This document shows, piece after piece, positions 38,245 through 47,323 of a DNA stretch of 64,000 bases (positions are counted from its first letter, which is position 1; every line of letters starts with the position of its first letter). The notes beneath the pieces were generated by a model. The model did no database searches and was not told the origin of the DNA. It saw only the letters and a program-made list of their open reading frames with translations. The translations under genes were made by a program, and so were the position numbers. The stretch lies in sequence record NC_070963.1; one strand, 5' to 3'.

Positions 38245-38826
38245 ATGTTTATAGATACTCATCATATTGTTCCAAAATACGAAGGTGGAACTGATACTCC
38301 AAATAATTTAGTTAAACTTCCAAGAAAACTTCATCAAGAAGTTCATTATCGTCGTTGGTTGGTGTATAAAAATCTATCAGATTTATATGCTTTCCAACTT
38401 CTTGGTGGAAATTTATCTGATGATGAATTGAATAAGATTTATGATGATCAAGTTAATCGTTGCAAGCGAGATAGTAAAAAATTAACGGAGGCAAGGTTGA
38501 GTTCGGAAAACTGGAGACAGGCACATCAGTCTGAGGAATATAAACAAAAAAAGAGAGAGCAAAGTTTATTATTAAATCAATTGGGAAAAATAAATTCCCC
38601 AGAATCATCATTGCTTATAAGTAAGGTAAAGCAATCTGTAACAAATTACAATTCTAAAAGAATATCAGTTTATGGTATAATATGGGAAGATTCTTCCAAG
38701 TGTTTTAGAAATGGTGGGGCAAAAGGTCTAACCTTGAGGCAATTGAGGTATAGGGCAAAAAGTGGAAATTATCCAGATATTTTTTATGTGGATATTGATA
38801 ATGAGGTAAATGATGGAACGAATTGA
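38245..38826 (+). CDS. HNH putative homing endonuclease
   Basis: HHIVPKYEGGTDTPNNLVKLPRKLHQEVH; inserted between uvsX and gp41. Confidence 0.85.
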   Translation: MFIDTHHIVPKYEGGTDTPNNLVKLPRKLHQEVHYRRWLVYKNLSDLYAFQLLGGNLSDDELNKIYDDQVNRCKRDSKKLTEARLSSENWRQAHQSEEYKQKKREQSLLLNQLGKINSPESSLLISKVKQSVTNYNSKRISVYGIIWEDSSKCFRNGGAKGLTLRQLRYRAKSGNYPDIFYVDIDNEVNDGTN

Positions 38827-40192
38827 GACAACGATTCTCAGAAACCTAATATTCAATGAAGATTACTCACGCAAAGTCATTCCTTTCATACAACCAGATT
38901 ATTTTGAGCAAAAGACCGAGAAGGTCATTTTTGAGGAGATTGTCCAATTTATTGTTAAATATGGTTCGGCAATCACAATCGAAGCACTCAATATTGAGGT
39001 AGAGAGTCGAACCGATTTAACTGAAGAACAAATCAAAGATATCAGAGAGATTAATAAGTCTCTTAACGATTCTGTGGTTGATAAACAATGGTTGCTTGAT
39101 ACAACCGAAAAGTGGTGTCGTGATCGTGCAATCTATCTGGCACTTATGGAATCTATTCATATTGCTGATGGTAATAATGAAAAAAAGAATCGTGATGCGA
39201 TTCCAAGTATTCTTTCCGATGCCCTAGCAGTATCTTTTGACAATAATATTGGACACGACTACCTACAAAATTATGAGGAACGATATGACTTTTACCACAG
39301 AAAAGAAGACAAAATTGAATTTGATCTTGACTATTTTAACAAAATTACCAAAGGCGGTCTCCCTAACAAAACTCTTAATATCGCTCTTGCTGGTACGGGC
39401 GTCGGGAAGTCTCTATTCATGTGCCATGTGGCTAGCTCCGTCTTGCTCCAAGGACGGAACGTTCTGTACATTACGTTGGAAATGGCGGAAGAGCGAATTG
39501 CTGAACGAATTGATGCGAACCTATTGAATGTTCCTATTCAGCAATTGATGGAACTTCCTCGTCAAATGTTTGAGAATAAGGTAACTGGTATTGCTAAAAA
39601 AACACAAGGAACTCTTATAATTAAGGAATATCCAACTGCTTCTGCCCATAGTGGACACTTTAAAGCACTTCTTAATGAATTGGCACTTAAGAAGTCATTT
39701 AGACCTGATATTATTTTCATCGATTACCTTAATATTTGTGCTTCCTCTAGGCATAAGGCAAATAGTTCTATCAATTCTTATTCATATATCAAATCAATTG
39801 CTGAGGAACTTAGGGGACTCGCCGTTGAGTTTAATGTCCCGATTGTATCCGCTACTCAGACCACTCGTTCAGGTTTTGGTTCTTCTGATGTTGAACTTAC
39901 TGATACTAGCGAGTCCTTTGGTCTCCCTGCTACTGCTGATCTTATGTTTGCCCTTATTAGCACTGAAGAGTTGGAACAACTTGGGCAGATTATGGTGAAA
40001 CAATTGAAGAATCGTTACAATGATCCAACAATTTACAAACGTTTTATTGTTGGTATTGATAGGGCAAAAATGCGTCTTTATGACTGTGAGCAAACCGCAC
40101 AGAAAGACATACTTGACTCTGGACAAGAAGAAGAGTATAATGACAATGAAGACAAAAAACTCAAAAAGTCGTTCGAAGGATTTAAATTTTAA
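38813..40192 (+). CDS. gp41: Replicative DNA helicase (DnaB-like)
   Basis: AGTGVGKSLFMCH, LEMAEERIAERIDAN, IFIDYLNIC, SESFGLPATAD, KQLKNRY. Confidence 0.96.
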   Translation: MERIETTILRNLIFNEDYSRKVIPFIQPDYFEQKTEKVIFEEIVQFIVKYGSAITIEALNIEVESRTDLTEEQIKDIREINKSLNDSVVDKQWLLDTTEKWCRDRAIYLALMESIHIADGNNEKKNRDAIPSILSDALAVSFDNNIGHDYLQNYEERYDFYHRKEDKIEFDLDYFNKITKGGLPNKTLNIALAGTGVGKSLFMCHVASSVLLQGRNVLYITLEMAEERIAERIDANLLNVPIQQLMELPRQMFENKVTGIAKKTQGTLIIKEYPTASAHSGHFKALLNELALKKSFRPDIIFIDYLNICASSRHKANSSINSYSYIKSIAEELRGLAVEFNVPIVSATQTTRSGFGSSDVELTDTSESFGLPATADLMFALISTEELEQLGQIMVKQLKNRYNDPTIYKRFIVGIDRAKMRLYDCEQTAQKDILDSGQEEEYNDNEDKKLKKSFEGFKF

Positions 40193-40605
40193 TGGAAACT
40201 AAACACGTTAATTTTGATAAGTATGCGGAATTTGTAGATGTGGTCACTAGTGACGCATCCAAAGATTTTCTTGCTCTCTCTGATCGTCTGGTTCAATTAG
40301 ACGAGAAGGGTGCTAATATTGAACGTCTTCTAACTGCTGGTGTTGGTATCAATGCTGAAGGTGGTGAATTTCTTGAGATTATTAAGAAAATGATTTTTCA
40401 AGGCAAACCATATAATGAAGACAATCGTGAGCATCTGATTATTGAACTTGGGGATATTATGTGGTATGTTGCCCAAGCATGTCTTGCACTTGAGATTACA
40501 CTCGATGATGTGGTTGCCCGTAACGTTCAGAAACTTCTGAAGCGTTATCCTGAAGGTGCTTTTGATGTTTATTTTTCTGAAAACCGCGCTGCTGATGATC
40601 GATGA
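40192..40605 (+). CDS. mazG: MazG-like nucleotide pyrophosphohydrolase
   Basis: GINAEGGEFLEIIKK, IELGDIMWYVAQ, NVQKLLKRYP. Confidence 0.9.
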   Translation: METKHVNFDKYAEFVDVVTSDASKDFLALSDRLVQLDEKGANIERLLTAGVGINAEGGEFLEIIKKMIFQGKPYNEDNREHLIIELGDIMWYVAQACLALEITLDDVVARNVQKLLKRYPEGAFDVYFSENRAADDR

Positions 40606-40781
40606 CTAAAGAAAAACAAGTTACAATTAAAATGGATGTTCGTTCTGCTGCTGCAGTTCGTCAAGTCCTCTTTGAGCATCAGAGGGGACACAGTTATGAG
40701 TTTGCTTCTGAAAGAATCACTGATATCCGTTCAGTTATTCGAGATATTGATGCTGATCTTGGTGCAGTTCTAGGTGTATAA
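40602..40781 (+). CDS. Small hypothetical protein (59 aa)
   Basis: Manual translation MTKEKQVTIKMDVRSAAAVRQVLFEHQRGHSYEFASERITDIRSVIRDIDADLGAVLGV. Confidence 0.55.
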   Translation: MTKEKQVTIKMDVRSAAAVRQVLFEHQRGHSYEFASERITDIRSVIRDIDADLGAVLGV

Positions 40782-40796
40782 TAAATATTTTAAAAA

Positions 40797-41195
40797 ATGT
40801 CTTTGATTGGTAAGAGAAAAGGAAGACCAACTACAAGAATACAGTTTGATGCTATTCTTAAAAGATTCATTGTCTTCCTTAAAAGAGAAATTCGTTTAAC
40901 GTATGATATTCCATATGTGTTAATAGATGATTCTGATTTTGCCAAAACTAATATGACTTTTGGTATGATGAATAGAGAAACACTTTATATTAGTGTTATC
41001 AATCGTCATCCTATGGATATTTTGAGAACTATTTCTCACGAGTTTATACATTATAAACAAATTATGGATGGTAAGAAAATATCATCACATCCTGGAAGTC
41101 CTGCTGAAAATGAAGCAAATGCAAAAGCAGGTGAGATTATGCGGAAGTATGGAAAACTTCATCCAGAATTATTTGACCTAATGCCGATTAGGTGA
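40797..41195 (+). CDS. Hypothetical HEXXH metallopeptidase-like protein
   Basis: DILRTISHEFIHYKQ ... ENEANAKAG. Confidence 0.6.
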   Translation: MSLIGKRKGRPTTRIQFDAILKRFIVFLKREIRLTYDIPYVLIDDSDFAKTNMTFGMMNRETLYISVINRHPMDILRTISHEFIHYKQIMDGKKISSHPGSPAENEANAKAGEIMRKYGKLHPELFDLMPIR

Positions 41196-41210
41196 TATAA
41201 TTCTTTTATT

Positions 41211-41283
41211 GGGGATATAGCTCAGTTGGTAGAGCGCGGTCTTTGCAAGGCTGATGTCAGGAGTTCGAGTCTCCTTATCTCCA
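41211..41283 (+). tRNA. tRNA-Ala(TGC)
   Basis: GGGGATA/TATCTCC acceptor stem; anticodon loop TT-TGC-AA; GTTCGA T-loop. Confidence 0.93.
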
Positions 41284-41287
41284 CTTT

Positions 41288-41368
41288 GCCCAAGTGGTGT
41301 AATGGTAGCCACGTATGCCTTAGGAGCATATATCGTAAGATGTGGAGGTTCGAGTCCTCTCTTGGGCA
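41288..41368 (+). tRNA. tRNA-Leu(TAG)
   Basis: GCCCAAG/CTTGGGC acceptor; TATGC-CTTAGGA-GCATA; long variable arm. Confidence 0.93.
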
Positions 41369-41427
41369 TTAAAATAAATAAATATATAATAAAAATAGTT
41401 GTTATAAGTAGTAGTTATAACTAAAGA

Positions 41428-42750
41428 ATGAAAAATTTTCACCAATTCATAACGGAAGCAACTTCAGCGTCAGTTCAGGCAAAACGTCTTGGACTTGTTG
41501 GCGATGGACACGGAGGGTGGTATAATAGGGCTACCGGTGAATTTGAGGCAAAAACCGTGGGTGGTCAACTTAAGTATTTCAATAAGCGACAGGTCATTGG
41601 TGGAAAAGATCCTAAACAGAGTGAATTTGAAAAAAATATTCCTCTTGGATCTTCAATTCCAAATCAACCTGCACCTCAACAAGAAGTTCCTGTAGAGCAA
41701 CAACCTCCAGAAGAAATTCCTCAAGAAGCACCTGTTGCAACTCCACCACCAGTTCCTAAAACTAATGGAACTCTTACGATTGCTTTTGGGCGTTTTAATC
41801 CCCCAACAGTCGGACATCAGCAGTTAATGGATACTGCTGCCATGGCAGCAATGGAAGATGGTGGTGATTATATTATTGTTCCTTCCCGTAGTCAGGATAA
41901 AAAGAAAAATCCATTAGATCCTGACACAAAAATTTCATATATGAGAAAGATGTTCCCGGATCATAGTGAAAGAATTGTAAATGATAAAAACTTTAAAACC
42001 ATTTTTGATGTTCTTAAAAAAGCACATAATGATGGATATGCTAATGTAAGAATTGTCGGCGGTTCTGATAGAGTTAAAGAATTTGAAAGATTGTCTAATG
42101 ATTATAATGGACAACTTTATCAATTTGATATGATTAACGTTGTGTCATCTGGTGATAGGGATCCTGATAGTAATAAAGGTGTAGAAGGAGTTTCCGCGTC
42201 AAGACTTAGACTTGCAGCAGCTGAAGGTGATTTTATAACGTTTAGATCTGGTCTTCCTGTTGGTATTAAAACCAAAGAAGCACTTCAACTTTTTGATCTT
42301 GTCAGACAAGGAATGGGTATTCAGGAAATACAACAAGAGGGTTATAATACTTGGGAAATTGCACCAAAATTTGATTCACAATCTCTAAGAGAAAATTACA
42401 TCGATAAAAATATTTTTAAAGTTGGAACTTTTGTCGAAAATTTGAATACTGGATTAAATGGTGAAATTATTCGTAGAGGAACTAATTATTTAATTTGTGT
42501 AACTGAAAATGGAATGATGTTTAAATCTTGGATTAAAGATGTGAAAGAATCATACTCTGAAAAGCACATGGATAGAATGATGAGACTTCCTGGAAAACCA
42601 AATACTCTAATAGGAACATTGGGTGCATTTAAATATGCTGCAATGATGACTCCGGGTGCAATCGGAACTGGTATGGAAAATATTCAAAGTGGTGGAAAAC
42701 CTTATGGTGTTAATTTGATAAATAAAAATAGGAAAAAAGTAAAAGGTTAA
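41428..42750 (+). CDS. HIGH-motif nucleotidyltransferase (cytidylyltransferase-like) with CTS-like N-terminus
   Basis: AFGRFNPPTVGH, KNPL, VGGSDRV, SSGDRDPD, GVSASRLR; starts MKNFHQFITE. Confidence 0.8.
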   Translation: MKNFHQFITEATSASVQAKRLGLVGDGHGGWYNRATGEFEAKTVGGQLKYFNKRQVIGGKDPKQSEFEKNIPLGSSIPNQPAPQQEVPVEQQPPEEIPQEAPVATPPPVPKTNGTLTIAFGRFNPPTVGHQQLMDTAAMAAMEDGGDYIIVPSRSQDKKKNPLDPDTKISYMRKMFPDHSERIVNDKNFKTIFDVLKKAHNDGYANVRIVGGSDRVKEFERLSNDYNGQLYQFDMINVVSSGDRDPDSNKGVEGVSASRLRLAAAEGDFITFRSGLPVGIKTKEALQLFDLVRQGMGIQEIQQEGYNTWEIAPKFDSQSLRENYIDKNIFKVGTFVENLNTGLNGEIIRRGTNYLICVTENGMMFKSWIKDVKESYSEKHMDRMMRLPGKPNTLIGTLGAFKYAAMMTPGAIGTGMENIQSGGKPYGVNLINKNRKKVKG

Positions 42751-42759
42751 ATTCTTCAT

Positions 42760-44418
42760 ATGAAAAAGCATATTGCTGAGGATCTTCCTGCAAGAAAGCA
42801 CCCACAGGCACAAATGTCTGCACAAACAAAAAAACCAGAGGGTGATCAAAAAAGACCTGGTGGAAGAGATGATGCTGGTGGAAACAAAACACCAGAAGAA
42901 AGAATTAGTCAAGCTGCTTCAGATATTCGTTATCGAGCAAGAAGAGAAGATATTCCACTAAGACAAGCATATTCTCAATATATGCAAAATAGTTCAATGT
43001 CCGAACAGGAAAAATCTGCAGTAAGAGATAAACTTTTTGGTAAAGGTGGAATGCAATCCGAAGACTTTACCAATTACATGAAAGAATCTGCTTCAAATGC
43101 GGTTTCTAAAGCACTTTATAAAGTTTTTGCAGAAAAGAAAAGTGAAGTGATTGATTCGGATCAACTCAAGTATGGGTTAGAAGAAAAAGTAAATGATACT
43201 TCTGAGGGAAAAAAGTATAAAGTAAGAGTTACTGATCCTAAAAATAATGTTACATATGTGAGATATGCAACTCGTCAAAAAATCAGTGAACTTAGAGGAA
43301 AAGGTCTTGAAGTTGAAATGACCGAATATGGAACTCCATATGAAGGTGAGAGAACAAAAGGTGAAAAAACTGCTGAAGTTTTAGGTAATAGAGCAAAAAA
43401 AGATTATGATGGTGATGGTAAAGTAGAAAGCGGTGCTAAAGAGTATCGTGGAGCAGTTCATAACGCTATTCAACGCAAGAAAGGTGGAGTTGCTGATGGT
43501 AAAGATACCTCAAGCGTAAAAGAAGGTTTTTTAGGTGAGGTAGCAGCAACTGCAAATTTACCCCAAACTGATGCACCTCAAATAGTAAATCCAGATACTA
43601 ATCCCACACAAATTGATTTTACTACTAAAAAAAATAAAATTGTTGTGAATCCAACTGACAATTCACAATCTAAATTGATGGCACATCATGAAATGAAAGG
43701 TGATGTAATTCTTGAAAATGGTTACTCTAAGTTTCTTAAAAAAGTTCATGCTCTTCAAGAAAAAGCAGAAAGTGAGCAGCAGCAAAAACTTTTTGGACTT
43801 GCACTTTCAGTTAAAAGAGGTAAAACCTCAAGATCAGAAGTAAGTGCTGAAGTTCTTAAAATTGTAGATTCGATGAGTGAAAAAGAAATTCGAAAGTTTG
43901 CTAAAACTAAGCATGAAGGAATTCCTAAAAAAGTTCAAAAAGAAGAAACTGAGTGTGGATCTGAAAAAGAAAATGAGGTAGATCGTCGTCCTCTTGCAAC
44001 AGCAATTAATCTTGCAAAAAATAAAGCAAGAGCAATGGGGGATAAAAATCCTATTGTAATGGTTGCTTCTGAAAATATTGAATCTGGACCAATTCTTCCT
44101 GGAGAAAAGGGAAAAAGAGTTTTTCCTAAAGGACAAGAACCCAAAGCGACTGGAGCAAAACTACCACTTCAAAAAGCACACTATGAACTGGAAGGTGAAG
44201 TTCTTGATGAGGAAATGCCAAAAAAAGCAAAAAAGAAACCATCTGAAGGAACTACAACTCTTTCACATATGGGAATCTATGGCAGAAAGCAAAAACAAAA
44301 GAAAACACCATTGAAAAGAATTTTTTCTGATAAAACAGATGATGATGGTCCTGATGATAATGATCCACGCAATCATCCTTCTCTAAGTGCCAGAGAAAGA
44401 AATCCAAATTTAAGATAA
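42760..44418 (+). CDS. Modular hypothetical protein containing a DUF3008-like module
   Basis: AESEQQQKLFGLALSVKRG...MSEKEIRKFAKTKHEGIPKK; DYDGDGKVES motif. Confidence 0.65.
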   Translation: MKKHIAEDLPARKHPQAQMSAQTKKPEGDQKRPGGRDDAGGNKTPEERISQAASDIRYRARREDIPLRQAYSQYMQNSSMSEQEKSAVRDKLFGKGGMQSEDFTNYMKESASNAVSKALYKVFAEKKSEVIDSDQLKYGLEEKVNDTSEGKKYKVRVTDPKNNVTYVRYATRQKISELRGKGLEVEMTEYGTPYEGERTKGEKTAEVLGNRAKKDYDGDGKVESGAKEYRGAVHNAIQRKKGGVADGKDTSSVKEGFLGEVAATANLPQTDAPQIVNPDTNPTQIDFTTKKNKIVVNPTDNSQSKLMAHHEMKGDVILENGYSKFLKKVHALQEKAESEQQQKLFGLALSVKRGKTSRSEVSAEVLKIVDSMSEKEIRKFAKTKHEGIPKKVQKEETECGSEKENEVDRRPLATAINLAKNKARAMGDKNPIVMVASENIESGPILPGEKGKRVFPKGQEPKATGAKLPLQKAHYELEGEVLDEEMPKKAKKKPSEGTTTLSHMGIYGRKQKQKKTPLKRIFSDKTDDDGPDDNDPRNHPSLSARERNPNLR

Positions 44419-44462
44419 TTATTTTCTAAATAAAGCGGGATACTCTTCACACGGAGGTCATT

Positions 44463-44639
44463 ATGAGAGACGCACTAATAGTGGTTGTTAAACCACTTAT
44501 CATTTCAATTGCAACACATCCGGCAGTTAAAAATCTTGTTCTTGACTTACTTAAAAAGTATGTTGACAGCACAGATAATAGTATTGACAATGTAGTTTAT
44601 GAACTTGTAAAAGAAAAACTCTTCCAACCACAAAGATAA
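44463..44639 (+). CDS. Small hypothetical protein (58 aa)
   Basis: Manual translation; strong SD GGAGG; STDNSIDN motif. Confidence 0.6.
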   Translation: MRDALIVVVKPLIISIATHPAVKNLVLDLLKKYVDSTDNSIDNVVYELVKEKLFQPQR

Positions 44640-44666
44640 AACTAATAAAAATTTAGTCAATATTCG

Positions 44667-44695
44667 GGAGACCAAACTTAAGGTCTCTTTTTTTT
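44667..44695 (+). terminator. Intrinsic terminator followed directly by late promoter TATAAATA (44695-44702)
   Basis: GAGACC-AAACTTAA-GGTCTC then T-run. Confidence 0.8.
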
Positions 44696-44733
44696 ATAAA
44701 TATCATTAGAAAAGAATTCATAGGTAAGGAAAC

Positions 44734-45297
44734 ATGTCTCTTTGGGGCAATAAAGATTCTTTAAGCAATCTTACTGGAACTATCACAATTGATCTTGCTA
44801 CTGAAACCGTAACTGGTAGTGGCACAACTTTTGTAACTGCAGGAATTTCTACTGGGGATATATTAGTAGTTGGTGCTGGTGCTACATACGGTCAAGCAGT
44901 AATTACCGGTGTAACTTCTGCTACGCAACTTTCAATTGGATCAACTCAGTTTCTCATTGGAATTGGCACCGTTGGATTTGGTGCAACAGTAGGCGTTGCT
45001 TATACAGTAACTCAAAAACCAAAATACACTCTTGAAGATGGGCAATATTTTGCTCCTGACGTAAAGGCAAATAGATTCTCTGCTGTTTTTGGTGTTGGAA
45101 CTACTGAGGCAAATGTAGCAGCAGGAAGAACTGTTGGTGGTAAAAATGCTGCTTATGCTGTTGCTCATGCTGGTTGGGTTGGAGTTACAACTTATGTTGA
45201 TACTCATGGAAACTTCAGAGTTAAAACAGAAACTCTAGTTGCTGGATCTAGCATTACTGGAGATGCTGACGATGATGGTAGATATCCAGACAGCTGA
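44734..45297 (+). CDS. Probable virion structural protein
   Basis: MSLWGNKD...HAGWV...KTETLVAGSSITGDADDD; late promoter upstream; G/T/V-rich. Confidence 0.6.
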   Translation: MSLWGNKDSLSNLTGTITIDLATETVTGSGTTFVTAGISTGDILVVGAGATYGQAVITGVTSATQLSIGSTQFLIGIGTVGFGATVGVAYTVTQKPKYTLEDGQYFAPDVKANRFSAVFGVGTTEANVAAGRTVGGKNAAYAVAHAGWVGVTTYVDTHGNFRVKTETLVAGSSITGDADDDGRYPDS

Positions 45298-45306
45298 TAA
45301 TATGTT

Positions 45307-45678
45307 ATGAGATTTGATGAATTGAATGAAGATAATTATTTAATCTTTGCTATAAAATTTTATGATAATCCTCAAGCATTGACTATGGAGGATTTTCAAT
45401 CTGATTTGAAAAGAATACGATATGTCAAGAGATTATTAAAAAAATATAGAAATACAGGTGAGCTTCGAACTCACCTTATTTTAAATCATTTAACAATACT
45501 TTTTAATGTTTTCAATGATGCCGCTGTGCCATTGTTGTTTTATAATTTGGAAAAAGAATTATGGCCAACAATAAAAAGTTTTCTTTTATTTTTGAATAGA
45601 TTTCCAGAATATCCAAAAACACATATGCATGATATTGAAGAAGATATAGAGTGTTTGTCACAATTGCAAACAATTTAA
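45307..45678 (+). CDS. Conserved T4-like hypothetical protein
   Basis: FAIKFYDNPQ, LRTHLILNHLTILFNVF. Confidence 0.65.
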   Translation: MRFDELNEDNYLIFAIKFYDNPQALTMEDFQSDLKRIRYVKRLLKKYRNTGELRTHLILNHLTILFNVFNDAAVPLLFYNLEKELWPTIKSFLLFLNRFPEYPKTHMHDIEEDIECLSQLQTI

Positions 45679-45881
45679 TGGATAAATTAGAAAAATTAAT
45701 TTTTATAATTCATAACATTAAAGAAGAGGCAGTTGCTTCTGCACCAACCAACTCTGCAAATTCTGCTGGATTAGGATTTAACCCAGACACAGAATCTCCA
45801 CCGGTTGATTTGAGAAAAAAAAGAAACTGGAATATTTTTTTCAAAGATATGGTAAGAAGACAGCGAAAAATAAGAAAATAA
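45678..45881 (+). CDS. Small hypothetical protein (67 aa)
   Basis: MDKLEKLIFIIHNIKEEAVASAPTNSANSAG...; start overlaps upstream stop. Confidence 0.55.
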   Translation: MDKLEKLIFIIHNIKEEAVASAPTNSANSAGLGFNPDTESPPVDLRKKRNWNIFFKDMVRRQRKIRK

Positions 45882-45924
45882 ATAACATTAGATTTGTTAT
45901 GAGCAAATCTTACCACCAAAGAAA

Positions 45925-46338
45925 ATGTTTAATCAAAATACCTCATCCGATACCAAAATTGCTGTTTTAGAAGAGCGTCTTTCATCATACGAACTTTTGC
46001 TAAAAAAGATTGATGAAGCAATTCAGATTATGGGTAAAACCAGTCAAAATATTAGTAAGATGCTTGCCGTTCACGACGAAAAAATCGAGCAATGTGGTAA
46101 GACGGATGAGATGATTTCCAAAATGATTGGTGAGTTGAAAGAAGAAAATAGAGAGCAACATAGTAGTGTAACAGAAAGAATTAAAGTTTTAGAAACAAAG
46201 GTTGAAGAAATCGCAAAGTTTCGTTGGATAATTTTTGGAGCAGCGGTTGTAATTTCTTTTGCAATTTCTCAATCTCCTATGGTCGTGGACATCTTGACTC
46301 CAGATTCGCAACCTGCTAGAATAGAGAGCACGAAGTAA
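45925..46338 (+). CDS. Coiled-coil protein with C-terminal transmembrane segment
   Basis: Heptad-rich N-part; RWIIFGAAVVISFAI hydrophobic stretch. Confidence 0.6.
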   Translation: MFNQNTSSDTKIAVLEERLSSYELLLKKIDEAIQIMGKTSQNISKMLAVHDEKIEQCGKTDEMISKMIGELKEENREQHSSVTERIKVLETKVEEIAKFRWIIFGAAVVISFAISQSPMVVDILTPDSQPARIESTK

Positions 46339-46351
46339 TACTACCTTTATA

Positions 46352-47323
46352 ATGGATTTGATTGACTCCAAGTATATTGGACTTGTTTCATCACGTCTAC
46401 AAAAGTTTAAAAGGGTTAAGGCGGATCTCTACAACTTTCGCTGTCCCCTTTGTGGTGATTCTCAAAAGAATAAAAGTAAGACAAGAGGATATTTTTATCA
46501 AGTCAAAAATAATACAAACTTTAAGTGCCATAACTGTGGAGCAAGTTTGTCTTTAAATAATTTCCTTAAAGAATTAGATCCAACTCTTCACAAACAATAT
46601 ACGATGGAGAAGTTTAAGGAAGGACACACTGGAAAAAACTTCGTCGTAGAGCAACCAAAGTTAGAGTTTGTAAAACCAGTATTCAAAACAAAAATTAATT
46701 TGCCAAAAGCATCTGAGAATCAGATTGCCCGCGAATATTTGGAAAAAAGAAAACTTGATCCTGAAAAGTTTTACTTTGCTGACAAGTTCAAAGAATGGGC
46801 AAATACTCAAAAACATACCTTTAATACTATTGGTAAGGATGAATCTAGAATTATCATACCCCTATACGACATAGAAAAGAATCTGATTGGATTTCAGGGA
46901 AGAGCACTTGGTCCTTCTCCAAATAAATACATCACTGTCATGATTTCTAATGACTCGCCTAAACTTTACGGTCTTGAAAAAGTTGATACAACAAAAACGA
47001 TTTATATCGTTGAAGGTCCCTTTGACTCCACTTTCATTGAAAACGCTGTTGCTATGTGTGGGTCCGATGTTGATATTAGGTCGTTTGGTTGGAGCGATTA
47101 TATTTGGGTTTTTGATAATGAACCACGCAATCGAGAAATCGTCAAAAGAATATCAAAGACCATCGACAGAGGTGACCAAGTAGTGATCTGGCCCACAACT
47201 GTTCAGCATAAGGACATAAACGATATGGTTCTTGCTGGACATGACGTTATGAATGTGTTAAAATCAAATACATACGCAGGTTTAGAAGCACAAATTAAGT
47301 TTAACAACTGGAAAAAAGTATGA
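46352..47323 (+). CDS. gp61: DNA primase
   Basis: CPLCGDS...CHNC zinc finger, GFQGR, IVEGPFDS TOPRIM, FDNEPRN, KDINDM. Confidence 0.95.
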   Translation: MDLIDSKYIGLVSSRLQKFKRVKADLYNFRCPLCGDSQKNKSKTRGYFYQVKNNTNFKCHNCGASLSLNNFLKELDPTLHKQYTMEKFKEGHTGKNFVVEQPKLEFVKPVFKTKINLPKASENQIAREYLEKRKLDPEKFYFADKFKEWANTQKHTFNTIGKDESRIIIPLYDIEKNLIGFQGRALGPSPNKYITVMISNDSPKLYGLEKVDTTKTIYIVEGPFDSTFIENAVAMCGSDVDIRSFGWSDYIWVFDNEPRNREIVKRISKTIDRGDQVVIWPTTVQHKDINDMVLAGHDVMNVLKSNTYAGLEAQIKFNNWKKV

